Shown piece by piece: positions 63,005-64,000 of a stretch of 64,000 nucleotides of DNA. The notes beneath the pieces are model-generated. The model did no database searches. It had not been told where the DNA came from and was given only the letters and a program-made list of their open reading frames with translations. The position numbers were made by a program, and so were the translations under genes. Positions within the stretch are counted from its first letter, which is position 1; the number at the start of each line of letters is the position of its first letter. The stretch is from Octopus sinensis (lineage: Eukaryota). The DNA is taken from positions 11,532,001 to 11,596,000 of the forward strand of contig NC_042999.1 of assembly GCF_006345805.1 (NCBI RefSeq), in the 5' to 3' direction.

Positions 63005-64000
63005 TATGAAATGCAATCACAAAAAAGTGCAAAATAAAAAATAATAATTATGATTAAAAAGCTAAAAATGTTATCTTTTTATGACAGTATTTATTTATCT
63101 ATTGAGTTATTTAATCAAAAATAAATCAGTTTTTTTATAGAATTCGATCAATTATCTTTTAACCTAGTTTTTCTGCAATGACAATTCACCCTGAAAAATC
63201 TCTTGTATCTTAGCTATCTTAAGTCAAGTTTTACTTTTATCATTTTATCAATATTCCAAGCATTATTTCTGCAATAATTGGTTGTGCCAAAGAAGTGGCC
63301 TTTCCTTGATACGAGATACGGGGGGGGGGGGGGGGGGGCGCAAATAGTTGGCATATTTTCATACATATTTTACATTCTCATTGCAAAAACAAATGTTAAA
63401 GAGGCAGGGACCAGGTTGGAGAATTGTGTAACTGTGAAAGTTGGCTGGTTGAACCCTTTTGATGCCAACTCCCCATGGAAGCACCCCACCTGCTTCTGTG
63501 GTAGAAACTTTTTTTAAAGTCATTATAATTAAAACCTTCAATCAAAATTTCAAATTAATTTATACTTTAACCATTAGCTTATAGTGACAAAATTCTTTAT
63601 TATTTCCAAAATTAACAGAAACCAACGTGGTGCATTTTAAGAAAAAATATGCTAATGAAAGGGTTAAATGTGTCAACAAATTTTGTGACTGATGTCCCTT
63701 CACCTCCCAACCGACAGTATTTAAGAAAAAAAAGATAAAATTAACGAGGGTTGGTTTTGCCATGCTAAGTTCATGTTAATATTATGGAGACAAAAGAATT
63801 CTTGTATTTGAAGCCGAGTTCATTCTCTGAGAAATGTGTTGCTTGCCGTTACAATCAACCGATCCACTTCATATCTCTGATGTCGACTCACAAGAGAAGT
63901 CTGAGTTAACATCCCATTACGAGTTTCAGGCATTTTCAGTAAATTCCAGTCCAAAATATTGGTTACTAGCTTAAAAGCCGCCCGATAGGGAGGTTTTTAA

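Noticed and set aside
63780-64000. CpG-containing end of window with a GTGAGT donor-like site on the minus strand, as TEAD promoter or first exon
   Set aside because: Truncated by the window edge and supported only by one 6-mer.

Overview
AT-rich, microsatellite- and transposon-dense animal DNA, most likely octopus or another coleoid cephalopod (inferred from the repeat types). One host gene runs across most of the window on the minus strand: the 5' half of a TEAD/scalloped (TEF-1) transcription factor. Four coding exons were traced with canonical, phase-consistent splice sites: join(complement 50227..50437, 9746..9879, 4384..4548, 187..221). They encode the whole TEA DNA-binding domain and the linker; the YAP-binding domain lies off-window to the left of base 1. 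The first coding intron is about 40.3 kb. The rest is intronic or upstream sequence containing a 5'-truncated but nearly intact RTE LINE with a PHD finger, many RTE 3'-end fragments, two R4/Dong-like LINE remnants, a full-length dead mariner, a DD37D (maT) fragment, Helitron/Helentron-type elements, piggyBac- and hAT-type MITEs, at least four tRNA-derived SINE types and long microsatellites. The best leads are a candidate 9-nt microexon at the position of the vertebrate TEAD1 microexon, a pair of strong orphan splice sites inside the 40-kb intron, a triple AGGTCA DR2 array, and repeated nesting of unrelated transposons in one SINE's internal microsatellite. I found no wholly new gene system. 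All leads come from manual reading and need RNA-seq or comparative checks.
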